A stretch of 64,000 nt of DNA from Gnetum montanum (Eukaryota > Plantae > Gnetophyta): assembly GCA_015680685.1 (NCBI GenBank), contig MNCI01002616.1, forward strand, positions 192,378 to 256,377, given 5' to 3'. The notes beneath the pieces were generated by a model that searched no databases, was not told where the DNA came from, and saw only the letters and a list, made by a program, of their open reading frames with translations. Below, piece by piece: positions 23,001-33,804 of this stretch. Numbering within the stretch: position 1 is the first letter of the stretch; every line of letters starts with the position of its first letter. Made by a program: the position numbers and the translations under genes.

Positions 23001-23558
23001 TTTCTTTGAAACCACAATGATGTTGGACACCCATTCTGAATAGTCAACTGCACGGATGAAGCCTACTTGGTACAACTTAGTGATTTTGCCCTTCACGGCT
23101 AGCACAATTTCTGGCTTAATTTTACAAGCCTTTTGCTTGACTGCATTTACGTGGAGGTCTAGGATGATATTATGTTGAATCAACCATGGATCAAGACCTA
23201 GCATATCTTCATATGACCATGCGAAGACATCAATGTGTTCTTGCAAGGCTTTAACTATGCCCTCATGTATTTTTGCATCTAGGAGAGAGCTAAGTCTTAA
23301 TGTCTTTACCTCCCTTCTTGTAGTGGTTATGGGTATCTCGATGAGAGGATCCTCAGTTACATCCCCGGCCTCCAAATCTAGGATGTGGACCAAGTGTTTG
23401 GGCAAATCTGGGGATGCTTCTAAGGTTGCTATAGCATTAATCACGATCGACTCCCAATTAATCGCGTCGGGGTTTAATTGTCTTGCGAGCTTTCCTTGTG
23501 GCCCTATTAGTATTAGAGGTGCGGACAAGGCATGGTGGGTTTCCATTTCTTGCTTAAC
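20085..23558 (-). pseudogene. pol: pol (RT-RH-aRH-INT) of element D
   Basis: RMCIDFRDLNKA, MPFGLKNA, YVDD; LHFDGAS, TNNVAEYEGL, NGIADALA (aRH); HEGLCSGH/CDTCQ, WGLDLIGP, EGPY; several stops and frameshifts. Confidence 0.95.
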
Positions 23559-24272
23559 CTGCCATCACAAGATGAGAGCCTGGGTAAGGATAACGAGAGA
23601 TTGTGCAGAACATAAATCTGCAAAGCAACATCGAGATGCGACTTGCTAAATAAGGCGATGTAAAGATTAAGAGTTTGCTTGCTCGGGGGCGTGGCGTACC
23701 ACCCAAGTGCAGGGATCTAAGATAGTTGAAGAAATAGACATTGTTGATGTAAAGTGCAAAGTTGTATATGGATGCCGACCTACTAGTTGCCATTTTTGGG
23801 TTACCTTATTGTGACATGCAAAGCTTCACTGCACTAAAGAATGATAAAAGAGATGGAATTGTGAGTGCGAGACGTATCGTGCGGTCAATGTAGGAACAAA
23901 GGCATGAAATTGTTAGGGAATATTCTACTCTTATGTCGAGGCATGCCAGGTGATTGCTGATGTAAGAAGCGTAATTACTTCGTTTGACGTCATTGCGGAC
24001 TACGGCCATTACTAGTTGAAATTGTTGTCTTTGAGCCTTAAGGAATATAATGATGCTAGGTTGGTTAGCTTAAGGTCTTTTCTGACCTTTAATCGAAAAC
24101 AAATGTTATCATATTATTTTTATTTTTGAGAAGGTGAGTAACTGACTTGAAGCGTGCCAAGGTTTAAATGCTAATAGTGTCGTCATGTCGTGGTGAGCAT
24201 GCTACGTCGCACGCCGTGCCCTACCTTAATCGGAGAGAGAGAAAGGAAGTTTTTCCCATTTTGCTATTACTA

Positions 24273-24285
24273 CCATAAATAGGGG
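24273..24285 (+). promoter_or_regulatory. TATA-like box of the antisense gene in D
   Basis: CCATAAATAGGGG ~160 bp upstream of the ATG of MAPK; conserved at 53190-53201 in F with the same upstream GGAGAGAGAG. Confidence 0.6.
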
Positions 24286-24432
24286 TTGAATCCTAGTAAT
24301 TTCACTATTTTTACCCTAGAAGCACAGAATCCTGGTCAGAGCACTTCGGCGATTTTGGGTTGCGGAGTCACTATGTGAATCCACATCGAGGCAAATTTCT
24401 AAGGCGAAGGTGGTGAATCTGCTAGCAGGGCT

Positions 24433-27400
24433 ATGGCTCCTAAGACTCAGTTGGTGCTTGCGAAGGTCGGGGAGGTGAAGAAGACCTTGAGACATGGGCC
24501 ACGGGTGCGTGTTCCAGTGAGGGAGGGCACGCTATTGACCCAGTGAGTTTTTATGTCTCTTCCATTCCTTTCTCCTTGCATCTTCTTCCCTCTTTTGCTC
24601 TGGTTTTATGTCTCATTTGTTTTTCCACTGGTATTTTCTGCAGCTACGTCATTTTAGTTTTGGTGCTGTCACAGTCTTGCTTTCTTTCGGTCATTGCTAT
24701 TGTGCAAGGGTCTCGTTGCGGTTGCATGCAAGGCTATTACTACCGCAGTTGTTTCCGCGGCTACGAGGCCAAGGTCCTTTAAACTACTGAACCATGAAAC
24801 CTTCAGGAGGGGGGTTTAGTTACATATGACATAAGTGTGTATTCCGTTTGGGCCTACTATTAGTTATCTTATTGCTATGCCAAGTTATTCGCATGTTCTT
24901 GTTATGATAGGCTTTTGCATCTTTGTTATGCTATGATGAACCAGGGACCATGCTATGCTACACTTATGGTCGGCTAGGTGTTGTTATGTTGCGCACGTAT
25001 TATGTTCATATTTGATGTCACTATCTACTATTTCCGTTATGTAGAGTAGGGCCAAGGTCTAAATTGATCGTTTTGGATTTGGAAGGAGTCTTGTGTTATG
25101 TGGGCAAACCTATGACCAACATTCCCCCTCCCCCAATACGTTTGGGAGATCAAGCAGTTTGGTTTATGGATGGGGCACGAGACTTCTTGCAATTCCTCCT
25201 CAGCCATTTTAGTCTCATGGTATGGTCCTCCTCGAATGAGACACGAGCGTCTGACATAATATAGGCTTTGCTGCTAGGGGCAAATCGAGGCATCTTGAGA
25301 TATCATTCTGACGACGTGACTTCAAGCAGGCTAGGAGTAGGGTCTACCCAACACTCCATAGGGTTGAGGTGCTTGGCCTAGATTTGGGACATGCCAAAGT
25401 ACCAATGTTATCATCCTTACAACACATTGTACCTCACGCGCCATATGGTGACATACTTTCTAAACCCACAGGGGACTGTTTACTGTGTTGGCGGGTGAGT
25501 TTCATGTCTTTATTTTGCTGGGCGACATTGACTATGCTCGGTCGAGCATTAATAACATGAACTTGTCACCAGGTTCTATCTTAATGACGACGGGGTTCAT
25601 GATCAACCGGATGAATTGGCCACAGCACAACTAGCCCTGCAAAAATTTGCCTCGGCCAGGAGCCTACAGGCGGGCGTGATTGCTCTTTGCGGGGAAGGAT
25701 ACCATTCCCACCTATGCACACTCACCTCTTTCTATAGTACTTTCAAGACAAAGGGTTGGCTAGACAAGGAGTGGAGAGAACCTTTTAAGAAAGTTACACT
25801 CGACATAGTCTTAGCAGCGGAACTCCCCTATTCCCTTCATCGTATAGGTCTGGTGGGTTAACAAGTGGGTGTCATTGTTTTTTAAGATATGCTTTATGAT
25901 TATTGTCGCAGGAGCAAAGAAGCCCCGTGAAGTGATGGTGGTGACTACTAGAGGGTAAAGGGGAAACATCTACTTCAAATACGGTGAGGTATCGGCAAGC
26001 CAGAGCTGGTTGGAACGAGGGGCTCCGGGCCCCTTGCTTAGAAGAATCCAGATGGCTAGGCTTATGAATTTGTTTATGGCACCGAATCTAGGCATTATTG
26101 CTGCCGAGATGATTTCCCTGGTCAATTCCTTTTCTGGGCAGGCAAGTCGCTTTTGCACATACATGCAAGCTGTGTGGATGGTCATTGATATCAATGACTA
26201 GCTATTTGCATATTTTTTTGGCATTCCTAATTATGGCACCGATGTGATGTTGAAGGGAAAGTAGGAGTTGACCCTCCTTAAGCAGCATATTGAGGAGTGG
26301 CTGAGGCTCACCAAGGAGTGGAAAGGGTTCCCTATGGAAAAGCTTAAGGACAGTCCTGCCATGGGGATATACCTGGTCTTTCGTGCTTGTGCATTCCCTC
26401 AACTGCTCACCCAAGGAAAAGTCTTGGGGCTTGAGCAGGCTTGGGTAATGCGGGAAGTTGTGGAGGAGGGGGCCCATTATAATTGGGCCAAATTCCTCTG
26501 TAGTGTCTTGCAGGGGGAGATTTTTGGGCTCCGTGAGCAAACAAAGTCCCATTCTAACATACACTACGCCTTTTACATTGGCTATTTAAAGCACTTTGCA
26601 AAATTCCTGGTGGTCCAAGAGGATGGGGTCTAGTCTGAGCTAGACCATGATCAGATTCCTAAGCTGTGGATTCGACAAGTCTTTCGGATCATGCAAGCCC
26701 AGGCTCCCCCAAAGATGGTAGGGGATTTGTTTTCTGTAATGACTAAGGATCTGACAGTTCATAGCGCTTATGGACAAGACAGCGTAGGGGAGACTCCCCC
26801 TACCATACTTGGCAATGCGACCTAGGCTGATTGTCTTATGGCTGAGGCCATTCCTGCAGAGTTTCTGAGAAAGAGACCACCCCCTGCTAGGGAAAGCCCT
26901 CATGAAGAGGATCGACAACTGCGGTTCAAGTTGTGGCGAACGCAACCCCCCATTGGTGATCATTTAGAATGCCAACTATTCCATGCTTAGCTAAGTTATG
27001 CATTGTGGCATGATATTAGTTTTGAATTAATCAACTTTGCTTTATTGTGTGTATACCCTTTGCAGATAGCAGAAGAAGAAGGCAAAGAAGAAGGTGATGA
27101 GGAAGTGTCGGCCCTCAGACCGGGGGTGACAAATAAAGACACGAGGGGCCCAACTTTGGAAGAGAGGGCCCCGGCTAGGAATACTGGAGCTCTTGTCTCC
27201 GGGGTAGGGGCTCTTGTCACTAGAGAGCCTCTTCCTACCAACAAAGAGGTGTCTTCTCGAAATAAGGAGGACACTTCCCTCTTGAAAGAAAAAGCACCAG
27301 CACTTGAGGTAAGAGTTCCCACGAACTTGGCTAGGCCTTCTACAAAACCTACCGTGATTGTCTTGCACCAGCATAAATCAAGACAACAGCCGAATGCAGA

Positions 27401-28743
27401 TGAGTTTAGGCTTCGGATGTACTCTATGGTAATCCACTTCAGCTATTGTTGTCATACTAAATTGTGTAACGAGTGCTACTGCTAATGTATTAGGACCTTC
27501 TCTGCCCTAGACATAGTCGTGGACTGAAATTCCTGACAAGTTTATGTTTGTTCAGGGGTTAGTTGATGACATGATCAAACACCTTCAACAGGAGGATCCT
27601 CGTGTGGGTGAGTAGGAGTGTTGACAGCTCCTATGCTTCTATGCTACAACTCTTGGACATATTGATTTATATTTTGTTAACGTGATTGCTATACTTTCTA
27701 AGCCTCTCGGCTCAAATGGGACCTAGCTCGACCTATGGAAATTGGCGTGGTGCCCACACTCTCATCCGACATGACTGAAGTGTCTCGTTGTGTATTTGAC
27801 AAGGCTTACAAATGCATCTTGCACTCGATGTGCTCCCTATGGGAATGTAGACATACCAACAAGGAATTGTGGAAGCAGGCCCATAGAAGCAAGAAAAGAG
27901 AGACAGAACTAGCTACCGAGGTGGGGAACCTCAAGTCAGGGATCGATTTCCTCTTAAACCGTAGTCCTAACCCTGTGGAGCTGTAAAGGGCTATGGCCGA
28001 TCACACCAGATTTTGGATTGTTGTCCATCAAAATGTAGAATCCACTCATGAAATAGTCGAATAACAGATGAAGATGGATTTGCTAGCCCAGAAGTGCCAA
28101 GACATGAAGGACATCAGTGCCAAGATCTTCGAATGGGGGAAGGCCCAGAGAGACCACAAGTATACATACAAGCAAGAAAATGAAACCCATCGAAGGCTGT
28201 ATAAAGATGCTATTGTGGAGGCATTCTCGTACAAGGCGTTTGTGAAGGCCATCGGCACTTCTGAGGCTTATGCCAAATTTAAAGAGTGGGTGGAGGTCAC
28301 GAAGTCTCCAGATTTGGGGGTTACCCTTCCTACAGGGGAGACCGCCATCACCTCCCTTTCCCTAGGGTCTCTAAAATGGACAACTTTGGAAAAGGAGAAG
28401 GTTGCCACTACGAATGCTAAACCTAATGATAGGCCTTGGATGAATATTTCAATGGAGGAGATTAAGCATCGTCTCAGGCTTGGTCTAGACCAGATACCTC
28501 TTGCGACGAACGCAGGCTCCCCTCAAGTTAGTCACTTTGATGCTTTGCTACAACTGTCCTTTATCGCATTTGTTGTCCCCACTAACTACTTTATCTTCTG
28601 GGGCGTAGGCTCTTAACGAGGATGTGAGGCCTATGGAGGGAAGGAACGAGGTGTCGACGGGGGACAATATGGAAGCTGACGATGTACAAGTGGATGAGGT
28701 AGAGACAAACGGTGAAGGCAATGTGAACAGGGATCGCTTGTGA
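24433..28743 (+). pseudogene. Antisense ~8-exon accessory gene of D: NIF/FCP1-like HAD domain, PMD/Transposase_32-like domain, acidic linker, coiled coil (~1,100 aa predicted)
   Basis: Predicted exons 24433-24542, 25045-25494, 25573-~25850, 25912-26955, 27066-27399, 27494-27607, 27703-28526, 28609-28743. The first two junctions were checked and are in frame. Splice positions are shared with the F copy. Confidence 0.8.
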
Positions 28744-28894
28744 GAGCATGAGGGTGGGCCCCCCCTCTCTCTCTCTCTTTTTGGAAGAATTTACAGACAC
28801 TGCCGATAGGCGAAAAAATTTGACTGAAATGCATTACTTCAGAAAGGAAAATGATCTCGTATTTTCATGCATGTTATGTAAAGTTTTCGTACTC

Positions 28895-29095
28895 TCGTAT
28901 GCCAGTTTTGGGCCATTTTGGGTCTTTTACGTAGTTTTAGGCCATTTCAGGCTATTGTATAGTGAATAAATTGAAAGGTGATAATGCTAGTTTTAGGCCA
29001 TTTCAGGCCGTTTGTTGGTTTCAGGCCATTTCGGGCTATTACGTAGTGAATAAAGTGAAAGGTGATAATGTTAGTTTTAGGCCATTTTGGGCTGT
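28895..29095 (-). repeat. GGCC-N6-GGCC-TAAAACTAGCA array downstream of protease in D
   Basis: Plus-strand GCTAGTTTTAGGCCATTTCAGGC-like units, ~5 copies. Confidence 0.75.
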
Positions 29096-29240
29096 TTGCA
29101 TATTATGCCAAAAAAATGACACTCTGGCGGGCTAAGTAGAGAGCGAATATGTGAGGATGGAAACTGGGTGAGAGGTCACAAAGTTGCTATGCTACACGTA
29201 GTTGTCTCCTGACCTTTCATGGGTTGAAAGGGACGTAAGG

Positions 29241-32200
29241 TCAAGGAATTTCACTAGGGCCTTCGCTCGTGCTACCGTCCTCTGCTTGAAAGGGCATCTC
29301 CACCCAAACGTTTTCTACCTGAGGGTCGCTTTGTTGGGCCGATCCCTTCACTGTACAATTAGTGCATGCATGAACAGGCACTTCATCTTCAGAGGTTGTA
29401 ACCTCTGAACCTTGCTCTGTGTTTAGATTACTAATTTCTTGCGTTACCACCCCGTCGCCATGGATTATCACCTCTCTACCCTCGTATGGTAAATGGATTT
29501 CCTGGTGTATATGCGAGGAGACTATCCTAAGTTGTGCTAACCATGATCTCCCCAAGATTAGGTTAAACTCGGGCATTTCTTCGACTACAAAAATGTTGTG
29601 TCTGTGGGGAGCTCATTCCATGCTATGAAGTTTACATGAACTGTGCCTTTTACTAGGACACATGCCCCGTTGAAGGACTGTAGGCACGGCATCACTGTTG
29701 GTTTGATCTGGTCGACCAATCCTAGTTTCTCTATGATAGGCAAAGAGATGACATTTGTGGCTGCCCCATCATCAACATGCACCCTTCGGATTTGGTACTG
29801 ACCAACCTGAATTGTGATGAAGAGTTCCGGGATCTTGCTTAATGGCTTTGTTGCTGAAAGTTAGTGGAGGTGCGGACTCCATGGGTACGAAGGGAAGTAT
29901 GACTGAGTGGATTGTATTCTCGTCTGTTGGCATGTTTTCATCGATCGAGATTGCCGTTAACATGCAGACCAAAGCCTCACGGTGAGGGGTTGATGTTATG
30001 ACTAAGTTATATAGGCTTAGCATGGTATTATTTTGCCTTAGGGCTTGCCTAGCCTGGGTGAGGGCGTTCAAGAATTCTTGGTCGCCCATCTGTTTGACCC
30101 CCTCCTCCTCGATTCGTCCTAGAAGACAAATCTCCTGAGGAGAGACTACCCCAGACCCAGGTTCAAATGTTTTGTGAGAGGATGTCACAGGTTGTGTGCT
30201 TGCATCGACCTTCGTCCTTGGTGATGAAGGTATAAATTCAAATGGTGAAGGCATAGTTTTGGAGATGCTTTTAATAGTATTCCTCTTCGATGCCTTGCCC
30301 ACCAGGTAGGTTTATCGCGTTGTAGGATGAGGGGGTCATTTAATGTTGTTGCATGGAATGGGGGCTGTCAAATACGTTGGTCTCCTAATGACGAATGGAG
30401 CTAGAGGTGTTAGTGGACGGGGTTGCACAACCCCGCCAACGGGTGGTGCAAAGGCAAATGCTCATGGTGGGACTTTCAGGATGAAGGGCGACCACGGGCT
30501 TGGGCCAGCCATTGGTGGCGTTGGAACACTACGCTGAGGCACGTGAATCAAAAATGGCTAGAAGGGTGGAGTGGGATCATTGTTAATACTGATGGCATTG
30601 ATGATGTAACTGGCATTGTTTGCATTGAGGGGGTCGGTATAGACATACATGGATTGGTTTTCAGGACATACTAGGCTACTTTCATCTAGCACCAACTGCC
30701 CTAGGTCAATCAATCTTTTGATATCGTCTTGCAAAGATAGACAATAATCTATGGTATGACCACATAGTTGATGGTAATTGTAAAACCTGTCTAGCCTAAA
30801 ACCTTTAGGAACTGGAGGTTCGTTGGGCAGGGCTAAAGAGGGATTTCTAAGGAGCTCGCAGTAGCATCAATTCCTCATGTTTGCTTCTTCTGACATCCAT
30901 TTGTGTTGAATGTATCCCACTGCCAATAGTTGCTTCAGGAGTTCTGAAGGTTTGAGGGGCAGCAGAGTATATTTTGAATGATCTTTATGTTTGAGGTTAG
31001 GTTTAGTGTATGCAGATGTCCTGGGTGTGGGCGCGGCAGGTTGTAACGCTTGGCCAGGCCTAGGCCCTGTGTCGGCTGTAGGTACGGTTTGTTTCTTGTT
31101 ATTCTTGTTTCCGTTGTTGCCATGTTTGGGCTTAGCCTTAGCTTCCACAGTAGCCACCATGGTCTTTGTGGCTTTACCCTTGTCCTTCTTTGCAAAACTA
31201 TTCCTGTAAGTGATATAAGGCAGGTCTTTACTTACCTCGGCAACATCTTGTATGCTTTTCATCTAAGCAAAATCTTGACTAAGTGAGCATGGAGCAAGGT
31301 AATATAGTTTTGACTTAATGAAGTCATTCACTACACTCTTAAAGATGGCTAACAAATGAGCCTCTGCGATAGGTTCACGGATTTTGTTAAGGGTTGCGCT
31401 CCATCGTTGAATGAATTTTTGGACTAGTTCTAGTGGGTCTTACTTCATGCTCATCAGCTGATCCAACATGTTTTCTGGCTTCAAGTTATACTTGAAGCGT
31501 GTCACAAACTGGGTCAAGAGTTCTTCCAAAGCCAAAATGGATGAACGTGGCAATGCGTGATACCAATCTAGGGCTTTCCCGGCTAGGGACATGGCGAAGA
31601 CGCGAATGATCATATGCGGCCATTGTTGTAGTAACAAAGATTCTGACCGGAAAGTGATAAGATGTGTATTGGGATCTCCTTCCCCATCGTACTTCATGAA
31701 GTGTGGGAGAGACATCCCCGGTGGTAATATCAAGGCAGGGATTGCAGGGTTGATGGGGTCATCTTGGTAACAATCCATGACTTGTACCATATTGGACCCA
31801 ATAGCTTTGAGGTGTTTTACTTCCTCGATTAGGGTTTGAATAAGCTGAAATGCTTGGTCCAGACCTGGGGATGTTGTAGACGGCTGAGGGATTGTAGAGG
31901 CAACCCCTGCAGGTGGCATGGTAATAGTGGCAATTTGACCCATCGGCTATGCCATTGGGGCCACCCCTACTAAAGGTGTTGTTTGCGTTGTCCACCATCT
32001 GGTGGATGGTATCACCGGAGCGGTAATAGCAGGTTGAGCTACCGGGTAGGCTGTTTGGATCATCGGTGGGACCCCCCATGGCCCCATGTCAGTTTGTGCC
32101 ATTTGGGGGGTCAAGTAGACCTAAGGGCGAGTGTAATGAGACATCTGCAATGGTTACGGAACAGACAAAGAGGTAGACAGAGGCCACCACATGGATGGGC

Positions 32201-32978
32201 CTGGGCCCATCACAGTGGGTGGGATGGTCACATATGTAGGAATTGGTATGGGAGTTAGGTGCGGTTGTACAGTAGGTATAGTGTGGACATGCGGTAGAGT
32301 AGCCATGATAGGTGTGTTGCATGTTGCGGTAGCATGCTGATAAACGACTTGCCATGGCATAGTTGCTGCGAGTGCAACCACGTGATAGGGGTGATGAGGT
32401 GCTAGGAACGTAGCATGGCTACCCACTGTAGTTGCAGTTGTAGACTACTGAAGCGTAGGTGCGATGGCGAAGGGAGTGGCGATAGGTAGTGGGTTGGCTC
32501 AGAAGGAATGGGTAGGCGGGACAGGGATGGGGTTGGCTAGGCCTCCCTCATCAAATTGGAAGTCGAGTTCCTCATGCCCATCTTGAAAGGCATCATCCTG
32601 GTTGGACGTTGTGTCTTGTTGCCCCCTAAGCCTTGTCAATTGGATTAGTTGATCTATAAGCCTTTGGCTTGCTTGTGTCAAAGGCAGGGAAATGCCCTCG
32701 TTAGGAACGAATTCCTCCCTATTGCAGTAAGCAAACTAGAAGGTACATTTTTCTTTGAGTTCATGTAAATCTAAGGGTAGGTTAGCCTGCACCTTCATGC
32801 AAAGGAAATTTTAATGCTCGTGTTGCTGGGCTAGGCCCTCAGGTCCTTGGTTTTGGATCCTGAGAGACCAACATGTTTCTGGTGTTGGATTCAACCGTTC
32901 TTCGACACTAGTAGTGCCTCGGGCTACGAAGGGCACCTCCATGTTGGGAATATCGACAACGGTGGTAGTAGAAGTCAT
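29241..32978 (-). pseudogene. gag: gag-protease of element D
   Basis: ATG at 32978; KYDGEGDPNTHL...ALDWY; YHQLCGHTIDYC knuckle; HVDDGAATNV...NLILGRSWL protease. Confidence 0.9.
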
Positions 32979-33054
32979 TGTTAAGCAAGTTATTATGCGA
33001 AAATGCTAGAAAATGTGGAAGAACATAAGGATAAACAAAAATGAAAATGGGTGG

Positions 33055-33720
33055 CTTTTCGTCTTGCAGGATCCCGAAGGGACCATCTAGGCGACCGACT
33101 TACACCACACAAGATGGAAACAACCTCAAAGGGTGTCACGTTTTCTCCTATGCTAGTCAGGGCACAGGGCGCATGCGGGACTACTATAGAAGGAGCAAGT
33201 TAAATCACCATCAGAAGGCCTATTGTCTCATAGGGTCCTGGAGGAACCGTCAAGGCGACCGATCCACACCGCACGATGCGCAAACAACCGCAAAGGGTGT
33301 TGAGTTTATGCTAATGCAAATCGGGGTGTGGAAGGCATACAAGACTACCGTAAGATGAGAAAATTAACTAGTGACCAGGTAAGTTTCATATCTCATAGGA
33401 TCCCAGAGGGACCGTCGAGGCAACCGGTCTGTGCCATAGGAATGAGGTATAGAACACAGGCGAGACAACCGTAGGATGGGCAAGTTAATTAGCGATCAAG
33501 TAGGTTTTGTCTCGCAGGGTCCCGGAGGCACCGTCTAAGTGACCAATCTGCACCACATGGGGCGGGGTGCAGTACACATGTAAGAAAACTGTAGAATGAG
33601 CTAGTTAACTGGAAATCAGAGGCCTTGTGTTCTGTGGGGCTCCGAAGGAACCGTCGGGGTGACTGATCTATGCCGCATAGAACATAAACAACCGCAAGAG
33701 AGTGTTGTGTCTACGCTCCT
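33055..33720 (-). repeat. 5' UTR degenerate tandem repeat (5 copies, 120-165 bp period), element D
   Basis: Core TCTCRYAGGRTCCYRRAGGRACCGTC near 33060, 33226, 33390, 33510 and 33630. Confidence 0.75.
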
Positions 33721-33781
33721 ATGTATTAGGACACAGAAGGCTCACAGAACTATCTTGACATGTAGCAAAGGCACCAAGAGG

Positions 33782-33798
33782 CCCTCCTTCTAGCGTCA
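33782..33798 (-). promoter_or_regulatory. PBS (tRNA-Asn), element D
   Basis: Plus-strand CCCTCCTTCTAGCGTCA, 6 nt from the LTR end. Confidence 0.85.
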
Positions 33799-33804
33799 AA
33801 AAAT

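Noticed and set aside
20765-23649. Plus-strand ORFs opposite pol (also 4517-4741, 51391-52547 and similar)
   Set aside because: Shadow ORFs of the pol reading frame with no recognisable domains.
27703-28526. env-like gene
   Set aside because: Antisense orientation, wrong position, and no convincing signal peptide or transmembrane segment in the spliced model; the hydrophobic ORF tails are intron read-through.
24433-28743. Host gene or separate nested DNA transposon between two elements
   Set aside because: It lies between the paired LTRs of one element, sits at the same position in three elements, and shows no TIR/TSD or DDE transposase motifs.
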